Origin: a bacterium
GTDB taxonomy: Bacteria; Patescibacteriota; Minisyncoccia; Sungbacterales; SURF-37
DNA length: 64,000 nucleotides
Reading direction: 5' to 3'
Assembly: GCA_030648055.1 (NCBI GenBank)
Contig: JAUSHI010000009.1
Coordinates: 47,722 to 111,721 of the forward strand
The position numbers were made by a program, and so were the translations under genes. The notes beneath the pieces were generated by a model. That model was not told the origin of the DNA, made no database searches, and saw only the letters and a list, made by a program, of their open reading frames with translations. This document shows positions 29,588-39,277 of this stretch, one piece after another. Position 1 is the stretch's first letter. Each line of letters begins with the position of its first letter.

Positions 29588-30680
29588 CCCATTAGGTAAA
29601 GGACTTGAATCACTAATACCAGACAAAGACCCCTTGGAGTTAAGCGATAAGGAGCCGCTGGATATTTTAGATGCGCAAGCAAATATTCCAGAGCCAGTTT
29701 ATCGTCTCGCTTCTTTGGGAGGCGCGACTGTGCCAAGAGCTGATTTTGGAACCAGTGCTCATAATGAAATTAAGGCCGAGGTCGCCAAAACGATGCTCGC
29801 ACTCGCCCCTAGCCAAGAAAATTTTCACGAGGAAGTGCCTCGCTACGCGCGCTCTAGGGGAGAGAGTGTTTTTTGGATTGACATAGGTAAGATTGAGCCG
29901 AACCCTTATCAGCCCAGAAAGGAGTTTGATGAGGAGGCGTTAAAAAGTTTGTCGGATTCAATACGGACGCACGGAGTGCTTCAGCCTATCGTAGTTTATA
30001 AAGTTGAGGTGGAAACTCCCCGGGGCCTTGATGTCCGCTATCAGCTAATAGCGGGTGAGAGAAGGTGGAGAGCGTCAAAAATGGCTGGGCTTCGTGAGGT
30101 TCCGGCAATGGTTAAGCGGGGGCAGGCCGAAGAGCGTCAAAAATTAGAGTGGGCTATTATTGAAAATGTTCAGCGCGAGGATTTAAGTCCGGTTGAGCGC
30201 GCGCGTGCTTTCAAACAGCTTATTGGTGAGTTCAACCTTTCCCAACGAGATGTCGCCGGCCGAATCGGGAAAAGCCGCGAATATGTGGCCAATGCCATCC
30301 GGCTTTTGTCGCTTCCCGTACATATTCAGACGGCGATTGAAAGCGGGACTATAAGCGAAGGTCATGCCCGAGCTATTTTGACTATGCAGGGTTTGCCGGA
30401 AAGCCAGAATAAACTTTTTGAAGAAATTAAGGCCAACAGTTTGACGGTGCGCGACGCAGAGCTCGCCACCCGCGCGATGCTTGGCGCGCGGAGGCCCACT
30501 AAACGGAGGAACGCTTCTTTTCTTGACCCGGAAGTGCGCTCGGTTCAGTCGCGGCTTGAGGAGACGCTAGGCACAAAAGTGCTTTTGCAAAAGGACGGCG
30601 AACGCGGGAAAATCATCGTGGAGTTTTATTCCGATGAAGAACTGCGGAGTATAATTAGCAAGATGATGAGCGGAGAATAA
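29583..30680 (+). CDS. parB: ParB/Spo0J partition protein
   Basis: LGKGLESLI, PNPYQPRK.F, IAGERRWRA, ENVQREDL, HTH. Confidence 0.96.
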   Translation: MNPLGKGLESLIPDKDPLELSDKEPLDILDAQANIPEPVYRLASLGGATVPRADFGTSAHNEIKAEVAKTMLALAPSQENFHEEVPRYARSRGESVFWIDIGKIEPNPYQPRKEFDEEALKSLSDSIRTHGVLQPIVVYKVEVETPRGLDVRYQLIAGERRWRASKMAGLREVPAMVKRGQAEERQKLEWAIIENVQREDLSPVERARAFKQLIGEFNLSQRDVAGRIGKSREYVANAIRLLSLPVHIQTAIESGTISEGHARAILTMQGLPESQNKLFEEIKANSLTVRDAELATRAMLGARRPTKRRNASFLDPEVRSVQSRLEETLGTKVLLQKDGERGKIIVEFYSDEELRSIISKMMSGE

Positions 30681-30710
30681 GCGCGCGGGATTTTAAAACA
30701 GAAATTTATC

Positions 30711-30738
30711 AAAAAAACGGTCTTAGGCCGTTTTTTTT
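30711..30738. terminator. Bidirectional terminator between parB and rel
   Basis: aaaaaaacggtc-tta-ggccgtttttttt. Confidence 0.75.
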
Positions 30739-30760
30739 GATGCTGATTTTAACAGGCGGA

Positions 30761-32509
30761 CTATGCCAATTTATAGTTTATTTCTTCAACTCCGTTTACT
30801 TTTTTGAGGCGAAAAATTAATTTTTCCAGAGAGGGCTTGGTCTTAACCGAAATCTGGATGACTATCAGTGGATACAGGCGGTTCTTCGTCTCGCTGGTAA
30901 CGCTTTTCATGTTTATTTTTTGATCGGAAATAACTTGAGAGACGTCTTTTAAGAGTCCTATGCGGTCTTTTATGTTTAATCGGAGCTCCACGGAAGAGCC
31001 TGTTTTTTTGGCAAACGCAAAATGTTCCCGTCCTTTTCTAATTGATGTGGTTATTTTTTTACGCGCTCCAGAGGTTTTTACGAACTCAAGCCAGTCTTGG
31101 TTTGGCCTTTTATTTTTTTGAGTAAGAATTTCAACAACATCCCCCGATGAAAGGCGGTAGTCAAGCGATACCATTTTGGAGTTAACCTTGGCACCCGCGG
31201 CAGTGTCTCCAATTGTTGAGTGAACCTGGTAGGCAAAATCAACCGGCGTTGCTCCTTCTGGGAGGTCAAGAACCTCGCCCTTGGGCGTGAAGACAAAGAT
31301 GCGGTTTTTGAAAAAATCAATTTTTAACGATTCAAGAAATTCTTCCGGATTTTGAAATTCTTTGTGCCATTCTCTTAATTGCTGGACCCAGGCCAGATTT
31401 TTATTACGGGCAATTCCGCTGAAAGATGGAGTATTTTTTGGCGATTCGGTTTTGGCTTCCGAATACGCCCAGTGGGCGGTAATTCCATTTTCTGCCTCTT
31501 GGTGCATTTCCAGCGTTCTGATTTGGAATTCCGTCATTTTGCCTTCGGGGCCGAATATCGTGGTGTGAAGCGAGCGGTAGCCGTTGGGTTTGGGAATGGC
31601 GATATAATCTTTGATACGCCCCGGGATTGGTTTCCAAAGTTTGTGGATGGCGCCCAGTGTTTTGTAGCAATCCTCAATATTTTTTACGACAACACGCACG
31701 GCGATTAAGTCGTGGATTTTATCTATATCCATGCCGTGGGCGAGAAGTTTTTTATAAAGGGAGTAATAGTGTTTTGCCCGCGCGTGGATATCAATCGGAT
31801 AAAGGCCTTCTTTAGAAAATTCATTTTTTACGACTGGAATCAGGCGTTCAATATAATTTTTCCGGTCTTCAAATGTGTCTTTTGTGTGGTCTTTAAGCCA
31901 GCTATGTTCTTGGGGGTAAATATAAGGAAAAGCGAGGTCTTCAAGCTGACCTTTTGTCTCGCCGATTCCGAGCCGGTAGGCAAGGGGCGCGTAAATTTCA
32001 AGAGTTTCAAGCGCTATACGGCGCTTCTTTTCGGGCGCTACGTGTTCAAGCGTTTCCATGTTATGTTGGCGGTCGGCAAGTTTTATTAAAACCACCCTTA
32101 TATCTTCAGCCACAGCCAGAAACATTTTTCTTAAGTTTTCCGCGTTTCGTTCAGTACCTTTGTAGCGGATTTGGTCAAGTTTTGTCACACCCTCAACAAG
32201 AAAAGCGATTTCGTCGCCGAAATTTTTTCTTATGTCGTCAATTGTGCGCTCGGTGTCTTCAACGGTGTCGTGCAGAAGTCCGGCCGCTATCGTCTCTTTG
32301 TCCAGTTTCATGTTGGTAAGTCTCTCCGCGACCGCAAGCGGGTGCACTATATAGGGCTCGCCTGATTTTCTTTTCTGGTCTTTGTGGGCCTCTGTTGCGA
32401 ATTCATACGTGCGTTTTATCAACGCCAAATTAGCTTCGGCATGCCCCGTTTCGCGCATCTTTTTCAGAATATCGTTTAAAATTTTATCGTTCGTTCTCTT
32501 TACATCCAT
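30761..32509 (-). CDS. rel: RelA/SpoT (p)ppGpp synthetase/hydrolase (HD, SYNTH, TGS, ACT)
   Basis: QKRKSGEPYIVHP, LLHDTVED, KLADRQHN, KPNGYRSLHT, GATPVDFAY. Confidence 0.95.
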   Translation of the reverse strand: MDVKRTNDKILNDILKKMRETGHAEANLALIKRTYEFATEAHKDQKRKSGEPYIVHPLAVAERLTNMKLDKETIAAGLLHDTVEDTERTIDDIRKNFGDEIAFLVEGVTKLDQIRYKGTERNAENLRKMFLAVAEDIRVVLIKLADRQHNMETLEHVAPEKKRRIALETLEIYAPLAYRLGIGETKGQLEDLAFPYIYPQEHSWLKDHTKDTFEDRKNYIERLIPVVKNEFSKEGLYPIDIHARAKHYYSLYKKLLAHGMDIDKIHDLIAVRVVVKNIEDCYKTLGAIHKLWKPIPGRIKDYIAIPKPNGYRSLHTTIFGPEGKMTEFQIRTLEMHQEAENGITAHWAYSEAKTESPKNTPSFSGIARNKNLAWVQQLREWHKEFQNPEEFLESLKIDFFKNRIFVFTPKGEVLDLPEGATPVDFAYQVHSTIGDTAAGAKVNSKMVSLDYRLSSGDVVEILTQKNKRPNQDWLEFVKTSGARKKITTSIRKGREHFAFAKKTGSSVELRLNIKDRIGLLKDVSQVISDQKINMKSVTSETKNRLYPLIVIQISVKTKPSLEKLIFRLKKVNGVEEINYKLA

Positions 32510-32545
32510 GTGGCATTATTGTATTCTTTGACGCGCGTTTTTTCA

Positions 32546-32680
32546 ACCCCGTAGTAGAACGCGGCATAGCGCCTTTAATTTTTTGGCAGTAAAATGTTTT
32601 GTCAGAAAAATTGTATGTGCGGCATCGGTTTTTTATTTAATTATGCGCAAAAAATATTATGCCGCGTTTCACTACGGGGT
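32546..32680. repeat. GTAG-type palindromic element (family D)
   Basis: accccgtagtagaacgcggcata ... tatgccgcgtttcactacggggt. Confidence 0.8.
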
Positions 32681-32758
32681 CAATCCTTGACCGGTTTATG
32701 GCATTGCATTAGTATTGTTTAGGAATAAGTTCGTTAAAAAATTAAATAAAGAAAGAGG

Positions 32759-33856
32759 ATGATAATGAATCCCTATCTTGCAAGGCTTGAACCCTATTTC
32801 TCGCTTCCCAAGAAGCATGTGAAGTTGAATCGCGAGCGTCTTAGCGCTTTCGTGTATGAGGTAGCACTTCAAGAACTGGAAGCGCCTTCGTGGAAAGAGC
32901 CAGTATACCCTGTTGATGATTTGGAATTCGTTCAGTTTCTTGGAATGGGCAGTAGCATCAATTTTTATTACACCGACCTTGCTACAGGAGAAAAATTCCA
33001 GACACTTTGGCCGGAGTGTGGGTTGTGCCGACAGGTGGTGTCTTTTTATGCAGAAATCGGGAAACGTAAATTCCGCTGTATCGCGCACGGAGTTGAGGCG
33101 ACGATGTGGGGCGGGGCCTATGCTATGTGGGCCTGTCTCAAGCGCGCGGAAGGGGACGGTATTTCTATCACTGACGCCCGGTTTTTGAGAGACAAGCAGA
33201 AGTGGACCAAAGAGCTCGCGCGTTTTGTTTTCAGGGGCACAGAGCCGGTTCCGGTAATTCCCATGCTGATAGAACGGCACAAACTTTTGCGTGATAGCGC
33301 GGTTTTTCTTGAAGGTTACAGGAATAAGTGGATGAATGTTTTTAAATTGGCTAAATTCAGAGCTTTTAATGACGGATCTGGCGCGGTTGAATTGCTGGCA
33401 AACTTTTCTTCGTATCATGATGAATATCTCGGGTTTTCGGGAAGTTCCGGTCCAGCAATTCCATTCTATAAACGAGCCCATCTTTTTGTGCAGATGTATG
33501 AAGGACGGGCGCGCGCGTCAGAAGTTTTGCCGCGCATCAAAGACCCGGAGCTTTTGATTCTTCCTGCTGACTACGAACTCCCGAGAGCGCTTAGGGCCAA
33601 ACAAATTACCGAATATTCGCCCGCGCTTTTGGAAAGAATTGTTAACAAGCGAGAGGTTAAAGAGGGAAGTAGGATGGAGATTGAGATCCGCCTCGCGACG
33701 GTTGAGGCCGGAGAAATTTTGGAGAAAGAAATTAATTTTTTACGGAAAGCTCACAATTTGCCGCTTTACACCAAAGTTGAAACCGATTATCTTCTTTGGA
33801 CAAGCGGTCGGGCCCATTCTGAAACGCACCATATTACTCGTACGACCAAATACTAA
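32759..33856 (+). CDS. Queuosine salvage family (DUF2419/Qng1-like) N-glycosylase
   Basis: SINF, FYKRA.L, ADYELPRAL, EIEIR..T, D..LW, HH.TRT..Y. Confidence 0.8.
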   Translation: MIMNPYLARLEPYFSLPKKHVKLNRERLSAFVYEVALQELEAPSWKEPVYPVDDLEFVQFLGMGSSINFYYTDLATGEKFQTLWPECGLCRQVVSFYAEIGKRKFRCIAHGVEATMWGGAYAMWACLKRAEGDGISITDARFLRDKQKWTKELARFVFRGTEPVPVIPMLIERHKLLRDSAVFLEGYRNKWMNVFKLAKFRAFNDGSGAVELLANFSSYHDEYLGFSGSSGPAIPFYKRAHLFVQMYEGRARASEVLPRIKDPELLILPADYELPRALRAKQITEYSPALLERIVNKREVKEGSRMEIEIRLATVEAGEILEKEINFLRKAHNLPLYTKVETDYLLWTSGRAHSETHHITRTTKY

Positions 33857-33872
33857 GGAGGAGGGAGGATAA

Positions 33873-34097
33873 ATGACTGACCGGTGTCCTTCTTGCGGAA
33901 CGTGGCATCTTATTTTTGACTCCCGCGCGCGCGGTGCCAGATGCACGAATCCCGATTGTGATTTTCAGGAAACGCTTTCTTATGCCGATTATCTCCGGTG
34001 TTATGCCGACCGGAGCCGGATGGTTGTTTTACCCAAAGAACTCGGCGGAGGATTAAATCCGGAATGGCGCGGCTCTGTCCGCGGAACACGTCAATGA
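33873..34097 (+). CDS. Small zinc-ribbon protein
   Basis: CPSCG...C.NPDC; strong SD AAGGAG. Confidence 0.65.
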   Translation: MTDRCPSCGTWHLIFDSRARGARCTNPDCDFQETLSYADYLRCYADRSRMVVLPKELGGGLNPEWRGSVRGTRQ

Positions 34098-34140
34098 ATC
34101 AAAAACGCCCAAACGGGCGTTTTTCATTTTTAATTTATTC

Positions 34141-34500
34141 CAAGCGAGCTTTTCCTGAAATTTTCCATTGCGTAGGTTTTACCCAAGCGAGTCATTTCAG
34201 AATTTTCCCCTCGCCCCTTTAATCATATGAGCGAGGTATTAGCAAAATTTTTTATTGCGCAGATTTAGGAACAAAATGACGAGCATATTAGCAACATAAG
34301 GAAAATCTGCTGTGTGAATCCCCCGGCTTGTAGCCGGGGATGAGTTCAGATTTTCCTTAATAATGTTGCGAAATATGAGAGGAGATTTTGTCTCAATCGG
34401 AGCTGAATAAATTTTTGTTGATGCCGAGCGTTGTTTTGTGAAGTGCGCGAAGTAGAATTTGTTCAAATCGGAGCGGGGAAAATTTTGAAATGGCGAGCGT
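34141..34500 (-). repeat. Long covarying hairpin element (family E), copy 2
   Basis: Reverse complement aligns with 3942-4220; starts at the topA stop codon; tandem subterminal units on both sides. Confidence 0.8.
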
Positions 34501-36665
34501 CACTTTTTATGCGGATTGTGATTTGGGCAAGTTTTATTACTGCACCTTTCGGGAATGGTTTTTGTTCCCTGCATCATTAAGGACCCGCAAAGTGGGCAGA
34601 CGTTTCCTGTGGGGCGCGCCTTCACGGCGAAGATGCATTTGGGGTAATTTGAACAGCTGAAAAACGGACCAAAGCGCCCTCTTCGTTCAACAATCTCACC
34701 CTCTTTGCACTGCGGGCACTTGACTCCGGTTTTGGCGCGCTCTTCTTCTTCAGCGCTCTTCTTTATGTATTTACATTTCGGATAATTTTTACAGGCTATA
34801 AATTTTCCGAATCTTCCTTCGCGTTCTATCAGCTTGCCTTCTTTGCACTCGGGGCATATTTCTCCGGTCTCTCTTGGTGCTTCAAGAACACTGCCGTCCA
34901 TTTTTCTTGCCCCACTGCATTCTGGAAAACGGCTACAGCTTAAAAATTTTCCATTTCTTGAAAGTTTTATAATCATGGGGCTTCCGCACACCGGACAAGG
35001 AAATTCAGCAGGGCCTTCGCCGAGGTTTGTGAGCTTAGCGATTTTTTCTTTTGATTTTATTTCTTTGCTAAAAGGGCCGTAGAAATCGCGCAGTGTTTTA
35101 ACATATTCTTTTTTGCCGTCCGCGATTTCATCTAAAGTATTTTCCATATCTGCGGTGAAAGAGTCGCTTATGTATGAAGCAAAATTTTCTTCCAAAAATG
35201 AACTTACCACTTCGCCGGTGTCTGTAGGTTTTAGGGCTCTTCCTACTTTCTCGGCGTATCCCCGGTCTTGAAGCGTTTTAAGAATTGCCGCGTAAGTTGA
35301 GGGGCGTCCGATTTCGCGTTTTTCAAGTTCTTTGACTAAACCGGCTTCAGTGTAGCGGGAGGGCGGCTCGGTTGCTTTAGCTTCGCTTGTTACATCTTTT
35401 AGAGATAAAGCCGTGCCTTCCGCAAGGTGCGGAAGTTCAATGTCTTCGCCCCTAGCCGCGGGATCGGCATTAAGCCAGCCCGGGAAAACAATCACGCTTC
35501 CGTTGATTGAAAAATCAGGAATCAGTTCTTTTGGCCCGGTGATATTTGCCGATATTTTTGTGCGAAGCGTTTTTGCGTCAGTCATTTGCGAGGCAAGGGC
35601 GCGCGCGCGGATGAGCGAGTACAATTTTTTTTGCTCCGGAGTTGAACCGGCGGTCTTCGCGTTCATTTTTGTCGGGCGCACCGCTTCGTGCGCTTCCTGG
35701 GCGGTTTTTGATTTGGTGGTATACACTCTCGGAGATAAATATTCTTGGCCGTAGGTTTTTTCTATTTCGGCGTGGATCGCGGCTTGGGCCTCGGTTGATA
35801 ATGTCGGGCTGTCGGTGCGCATGTAGCTGATGTGCCCCTGCTCATAGAGCTTTTGCGCGATTGACATGGTGTATGACGGAGAGAATCCAAAGCGGGAGCT
35901 CGCTGTCTGCTGCATGGTTGAGGTAGTAAGCGGTGGCTTGGGAGAGCGCTTTACTTCGGCTTGCGTAACGGAGTTTATTTGCCAAGAATGTTTTTTGGCC
36001 TCCTCAATAATTCGTGATGATTCTTTTTCGGTTTTCGGCTCCTCATCGCAGGTAAGTGTCAGTATGTGTTTTTGAGGCGTTTCAAATTGCCCAGATATAA
36101 TCCAGTAAGCTTCAGGAATAAAAGCGCGTATTTCGCGCTCGCGCTCCATAATAATGCGAAGTGCTGGAGATTGTACTCTTCCGGCCGAAAGGCCGTAGCG
36201 CACTTTTTTCCAAATAAGACCGCTTAAGTCGTATCCGAACAAGCGATCTAAAACTCGCCGCGCCTCTTGTGCGGTTCGCAGATGTTCGTCAATATCCCGG
36301 GGATGTTTTAACGCTTCGTTGACCGCGTGTTCGGTGATTTCATTGAAGACAACGCGTTTCGGGCTTTTTAAATTACAGGCCTCTTTGACGTGCCAGGCGA
36401 TTGCTTCGCCTTCGCGGTCGGGGTCGGTTGCGAGAACCACCTCACTTGCTTTTTCCGAAAGCGAAGTTAGTTCCTGCACAATTTTTTCTTTACCTTTGAC
36501 TATTTCATAATGGGGAATGAAGCCGGCTTTGATATCTATGGCTTTTTTGTTTGATTTCGGCAAATCACGAATATGCCCGACGCTCGCGCGGACCTCATAT
36601 GTTCCATGAAGATATTTAGATATTGTTTTTGCCTTTGCCGGAGATTCGACAATCAATAATTTCAT
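34500..36665 (-). CDS. topA: DNA topoisomerase I (type IA) with C-terminal Zn ribbons
   Basis: IVESPAK, ATDPDREGE, SAGRVQ, SYMRTD, QEAHEAVRP, C4 repeats; start at MKLLIVE. Confidence 0.97.
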   Translation of the reverse strand: MKLLIVESPAKAKTISKYLHGTYEVRASVGHIRDLPKSNKKAIDIKAGFIPHYEIVKGKEKIVQELTSLSEKASEVVLATDPDREGEAIAWHVKEACNLKSPKRVVFNEITEHAVNEALKHPRDIDEHLRTAQEARRVLDRLFGYDLSGLIWKKVRYGLSAGRVQSPALRIIMEREREIRAFIPEAYWIISGQFETPQKHILTLTCDEEPKTEKESSRIIEEAKKHSWQINSVTQAEVKRSPKPPLTTSTMQQTASSRFGFSPSYTMSIAQKLYEQGHISYMRTDSPTLSTEAQAAIHAEIEKTYGQEYLSPRVYTTKSKTAQEAHEAVRPTKMNAKTAGSTPEQKKLYSLIRARALASQMTDAKTLRTKISANITGPKELIPDFSINGSVIVFPGWLNADPAARGEDIELPHLAEGTALSLKDVTSEAKATEPPSRYTEAGLVKELEKREIGRPSTYAAILKTLQDRGYAEKVGRALKPTDTGEVVSSFLEENFASYISDSFTADMENTLDEIADGKKEYVKTLRDFYGPFSKEIKSKEKIAKLTNLGEGPAEFPCPVCGSPMIIKLSRNGKFLSCSRFPECSGARKMDGSVLEAPRETGEICPECKEGKLIEREGRFGKFIACKNYPKCKYIKKSAEEEERAKTGVKCPQCKEGEIVERRGRFGPFFSCSNYPKCIFAVKARPTGNVCPLCGSLMMQGTKTIPERCSNKTCPNHNPHKK

Positions 36666-36782
36666 CCCGTACGAAATAGGACGCGGACGCAGAATATCCC
36701 GCATCCCAGATTATTACTAATTTTTTCTAACAAAATTCATATATATGATGTGCACGCGTCCGCGATTTCGTACGGGATTCAT
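36661..36782 (-). mobile_element. MITE-like palindromic insertion at the topA start codon (family F)
   Basis: Minus strand ATGAA-tcccgtacgaaatcgcggacgc ... gcgtccgcgtcctatttcgtacggg-ATGAA. Confidence 0.75.
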
Positions 36783-36813
36783 AGCCTCACTTCTTGCGGA
36801 ACTTTCGAAAGAT

Positions 36814-37905
36814 TTAAATTCTTGTCCACTTTCCGTTCATATTTTTAATAAGCCCCTTTAATTCTAACATTGAAAGCAAGGAAATGATATCGGGGGCTGG
36901 AATTTTGATGCGCATCTTTAATTCATCTAGCCCCAGTGGCTCAGAAAGAGTTTCTAAAATATGTTTTTCGCTTTCATTTGTCAGGGGGTTTTCTTTATTT
37001 TCTTGTATAGTTTTTCTTTGAAGATTTAATTCATCAATTATATCCATGGCCGAGAATATAGGCGTTGCCCCTTCTTTTAAAAGCATATTTGTACCTTGCG
37101 AATAGGGTGAAAAAATTGAGCCGGGAATCGCGAAAACTTCTTTATTCTGTTCAAGCGCGAAGCGCGCGGTTATAAGAGCGCCTGATTTTTCTGCCGCCTC
37201 AACGACAAGCGTGCCGACGGAAAGCCCCGATATGATTCTGTTTCTTTGAATGAAGTTTTGTCTGAACGCCGGCATGCCGAGGGGGTATTCGGAAATTATT
37301 GCTCCACACTTATCAATAATATCTTCAGAGAGGCGTATGTTTTTGGGTGGGAAGAATGATTTTCGGTCAAGGCCGGTACCGATAACCGCGATAGCCGGAA
37401 GGCCGTGTCTTAAACTTGATATGTGCGCCTGGGCGTCAATTCCCGTTGCGAGGCCGCTTATGATGGTTATATCGGTAAGCACGGAAAGGCCGGAGATAAT
37501 TTTTTCCGTCGCTTCCCTGCCGTATGAAGTAGCTTTTCTGGAGCCGACTATGGCAAGCGATGGCGCGTTTAATTTTGCCCCCCCTTTAATATAGAGCCAG
37601 TATGGGGGAGACGGGATTTCTTTTAGTAATTCAGGAAAATCGGGGTCACTGTATTCTAAAAATATGATACCTTCTTTGGATAGGCGCTCCATTTCAGAAT
37701 CCGGATCAAGGCGTGTTTTGCTTGTGGTTAATTGTTTCGCTGTTTTTTCAGTAACGCCTGCCGCCTTAAATTCTGTTTCACTTGCCCGCCACGCCTCTTC
37801 ATATGAAGGGAAAAATTTTTTGAGGCGCGACATTGTCTCATATCCGACGCCGGGCGTCAGGAGAAACGAATTTATAAATTTTTTCTCGTTTAAGGGGTTC
37901 GCCAT
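36814..37905 (-). CDS. dprA: DNA-processing protein DprA/Smf
   Basis: AIVGSR..T.YG, ISGLATGID..AH, RNRIISGLS, VEAAEKSGALITA. Confidence 0.96.
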   Translation of the reverse strand: MANPLNEKKFINSFLLTPGVGYETMSRLKKFFPSYEEAWRASETEFKAAGVTEKTAKQLTTSKTRLDPDSEMERLSKEGIIFLEYSDPDFPELLKEIPSPPYWLYIKGGAKLNAPSLAIVGSRKATSYGREATEKIISGLSVLTDITIISGLATGIDAQAHISSLRHGLPAIAVIGTGLDRKSFFPPKNIRLSEDIIDKCGAIISEYPLGMPAFRQNFIQRNRIISGLSVGTLVVEAAEKSGALITARFALEQNKEVFAIPGSIFSPYSQGTNMLLKEGATPIFSAMDIIDELNLQRKTIQENKENPLTNESEKHILETLSEPLGLDELKMRIKIPAPDIISLLSMLELKGLIKNMNGKWTRI

Positions 37906-37942
37906 GTTTATTTAGATATAAGCGAGTTTTCAATTTAGCGCA

Positions 37943-38079
37943 AACCCGGTAGTGAAAAGTGGCATGGTATTTCTTGCGCGCGAGCAGCTCGTTAGATCAA
38001 TCCGGCATTTATCTTGTTTTAGATAATAGCATTTTATTCGGGGGAATGCGGCATCTTGCCATTTTCTACTAACGGGGTT
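37943..38079. repeat. GTAG-type palindromic element (family D)
   Basis: aacccggtagtgaaaagtggca ... tgccattttctactaacggggtt. Confidence 0.7.
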
Positions 38080-38122
38080 AGGGTAAGCGCAAAGTTCGTT
38101 GACATTTTAGGAGGGTCTGCAC

Positions 38123-39277
38123 ATGCATACGCTCTCGAGCGTTGCTCAATTCGTTGATTCTGATTTTGGTCCTGATCCTTATTTTGAGCGATACCTATCA
38201 CGCGGCCAGGTTTCGTGTACTAACCGGCACATTGAATACATGTTTCGCATCATGTGGCCGCTTTTGTCTTCGTATCGAAAGATCATTGTTGCGCAAAAAG
38301 CGTTCACTAGCTATACCGCTCTTGCTCCCGTGGCACCAGGTGACCGTGACGGCACATATATAGCTCCAGGCCACGTTCTCTTTGTGGATTTTCCTGGCAA
38401 AGGGAAGACTCTTCTTGGAAGTATTCCTGCTGTCGTGCTTGGCGGAAGGTTTACGCGGTTTCAGGGTGCGTTTGACAATTTGGCACCGGACTATCTTGGC
38501 CATAGGTATCCCGACTTCGATGCCAACGGGAAAAAGATATATAAACTTGAAGAAGGTCCCGCGTTTGGCGACATTCAGCTCATTGATGAGATTAATCGGA
38601 ATACGGAAAAGATGCAGGGGCATTTGCTTCCTGTTCTTGCCGAGGGGAAGATCATTCTTGCTGGTCAGATTTATCAGAGACAGCCCTTCGCGATCATGAC
38701 GATGAATCAGATTGAGAGCGAAGGCGTAAATCCTATTATCGAGGCGCTAGCCGACCGAATCATGTTTAAACTTCGCGGTGAGTGGTTTACTGCGAAGGAT
38801 TTTTCGGAAATTGGCGAGCGAAGCGCGCGTTTTGGAGAACTTAGGGGCGAGCTCAAACAGGTCTGCGACATATCCACCATTCATGAAATCCGCGAATTTG
38901 TATTGAAGCAGATTTACGTTGACCCCGATCTTCGTCAAAATCGAATGGGCCGTTTCGCAGAAATTTCCAATAACCCACAAAGGTTTGGTTATCTCGCGCA
39001 GTATTCAAAGCATCTTGATGGCGCGCCAATCTTAAAAAGCGGCTTATGGGGACGGGCGTTTACGCATTGGCTTGGGGCGGCACAAGCACTTGCCTTCTTT
39101 CGGTATCGTGATTATGTTCTTCCTGAAGACGCGAAAAAGGTGCTTCTGCCAATTATGCGTCATCGCGTCGTTTTTGCCCCAGGAGTAGTTCGTCGTCTTA
39201 AGAATGTCTTTGGGTATATTGATCAAGAAGAAACAATAGATCGAATTCTTTCTGATCTTATCAAGGAGGCCTTCTAA
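38123..39277 (+). CDS. MoxR-family AAA+ ATPase
   Basis: GHVLFVDFPGKGKT, GPAF, DEINR, N.IESEG, EA..DR, HR. Confidence 0.9.
   Translation: MHTLSSVAQFVDSDFGPDPYFERYLSRGQVSCTNRHIEYMFRIMWPLLSSYRKIIVAQKAFTSYTALAPVAPGDRDGTYIAPGHVLFVDFPGKGKTLLGSIPAVVLGGRFTRFQGAFDNLAPDYLGHRYPDFDANGKKIYKLEEGPAFGDIQLIDEINRNTEKMQGHLLPVLAEGKIILAGQIYQRQPFAIMTMNQIESEGVNPIIEALADRIMFKLRGEWFTAKDFSEIGERSARFGELRGELKQVCDISTIHEIREFVLKQIYVDPDLRQNRMGRFAEISNNPQRFGYLAQYSKHLDGAPILKSGLWGRAFTHWLGAAQALAFFRYRDYVLPEDAKKVLLPIMRHRVVFAPGVVRRLKNVFGYIDQEETIDRILSDLIKEAF

Noticed and set aside
28682-30680. parS site near parAB
   Set aside because: No TGTTTCACGTGAAACA-like palindrome found by eye.
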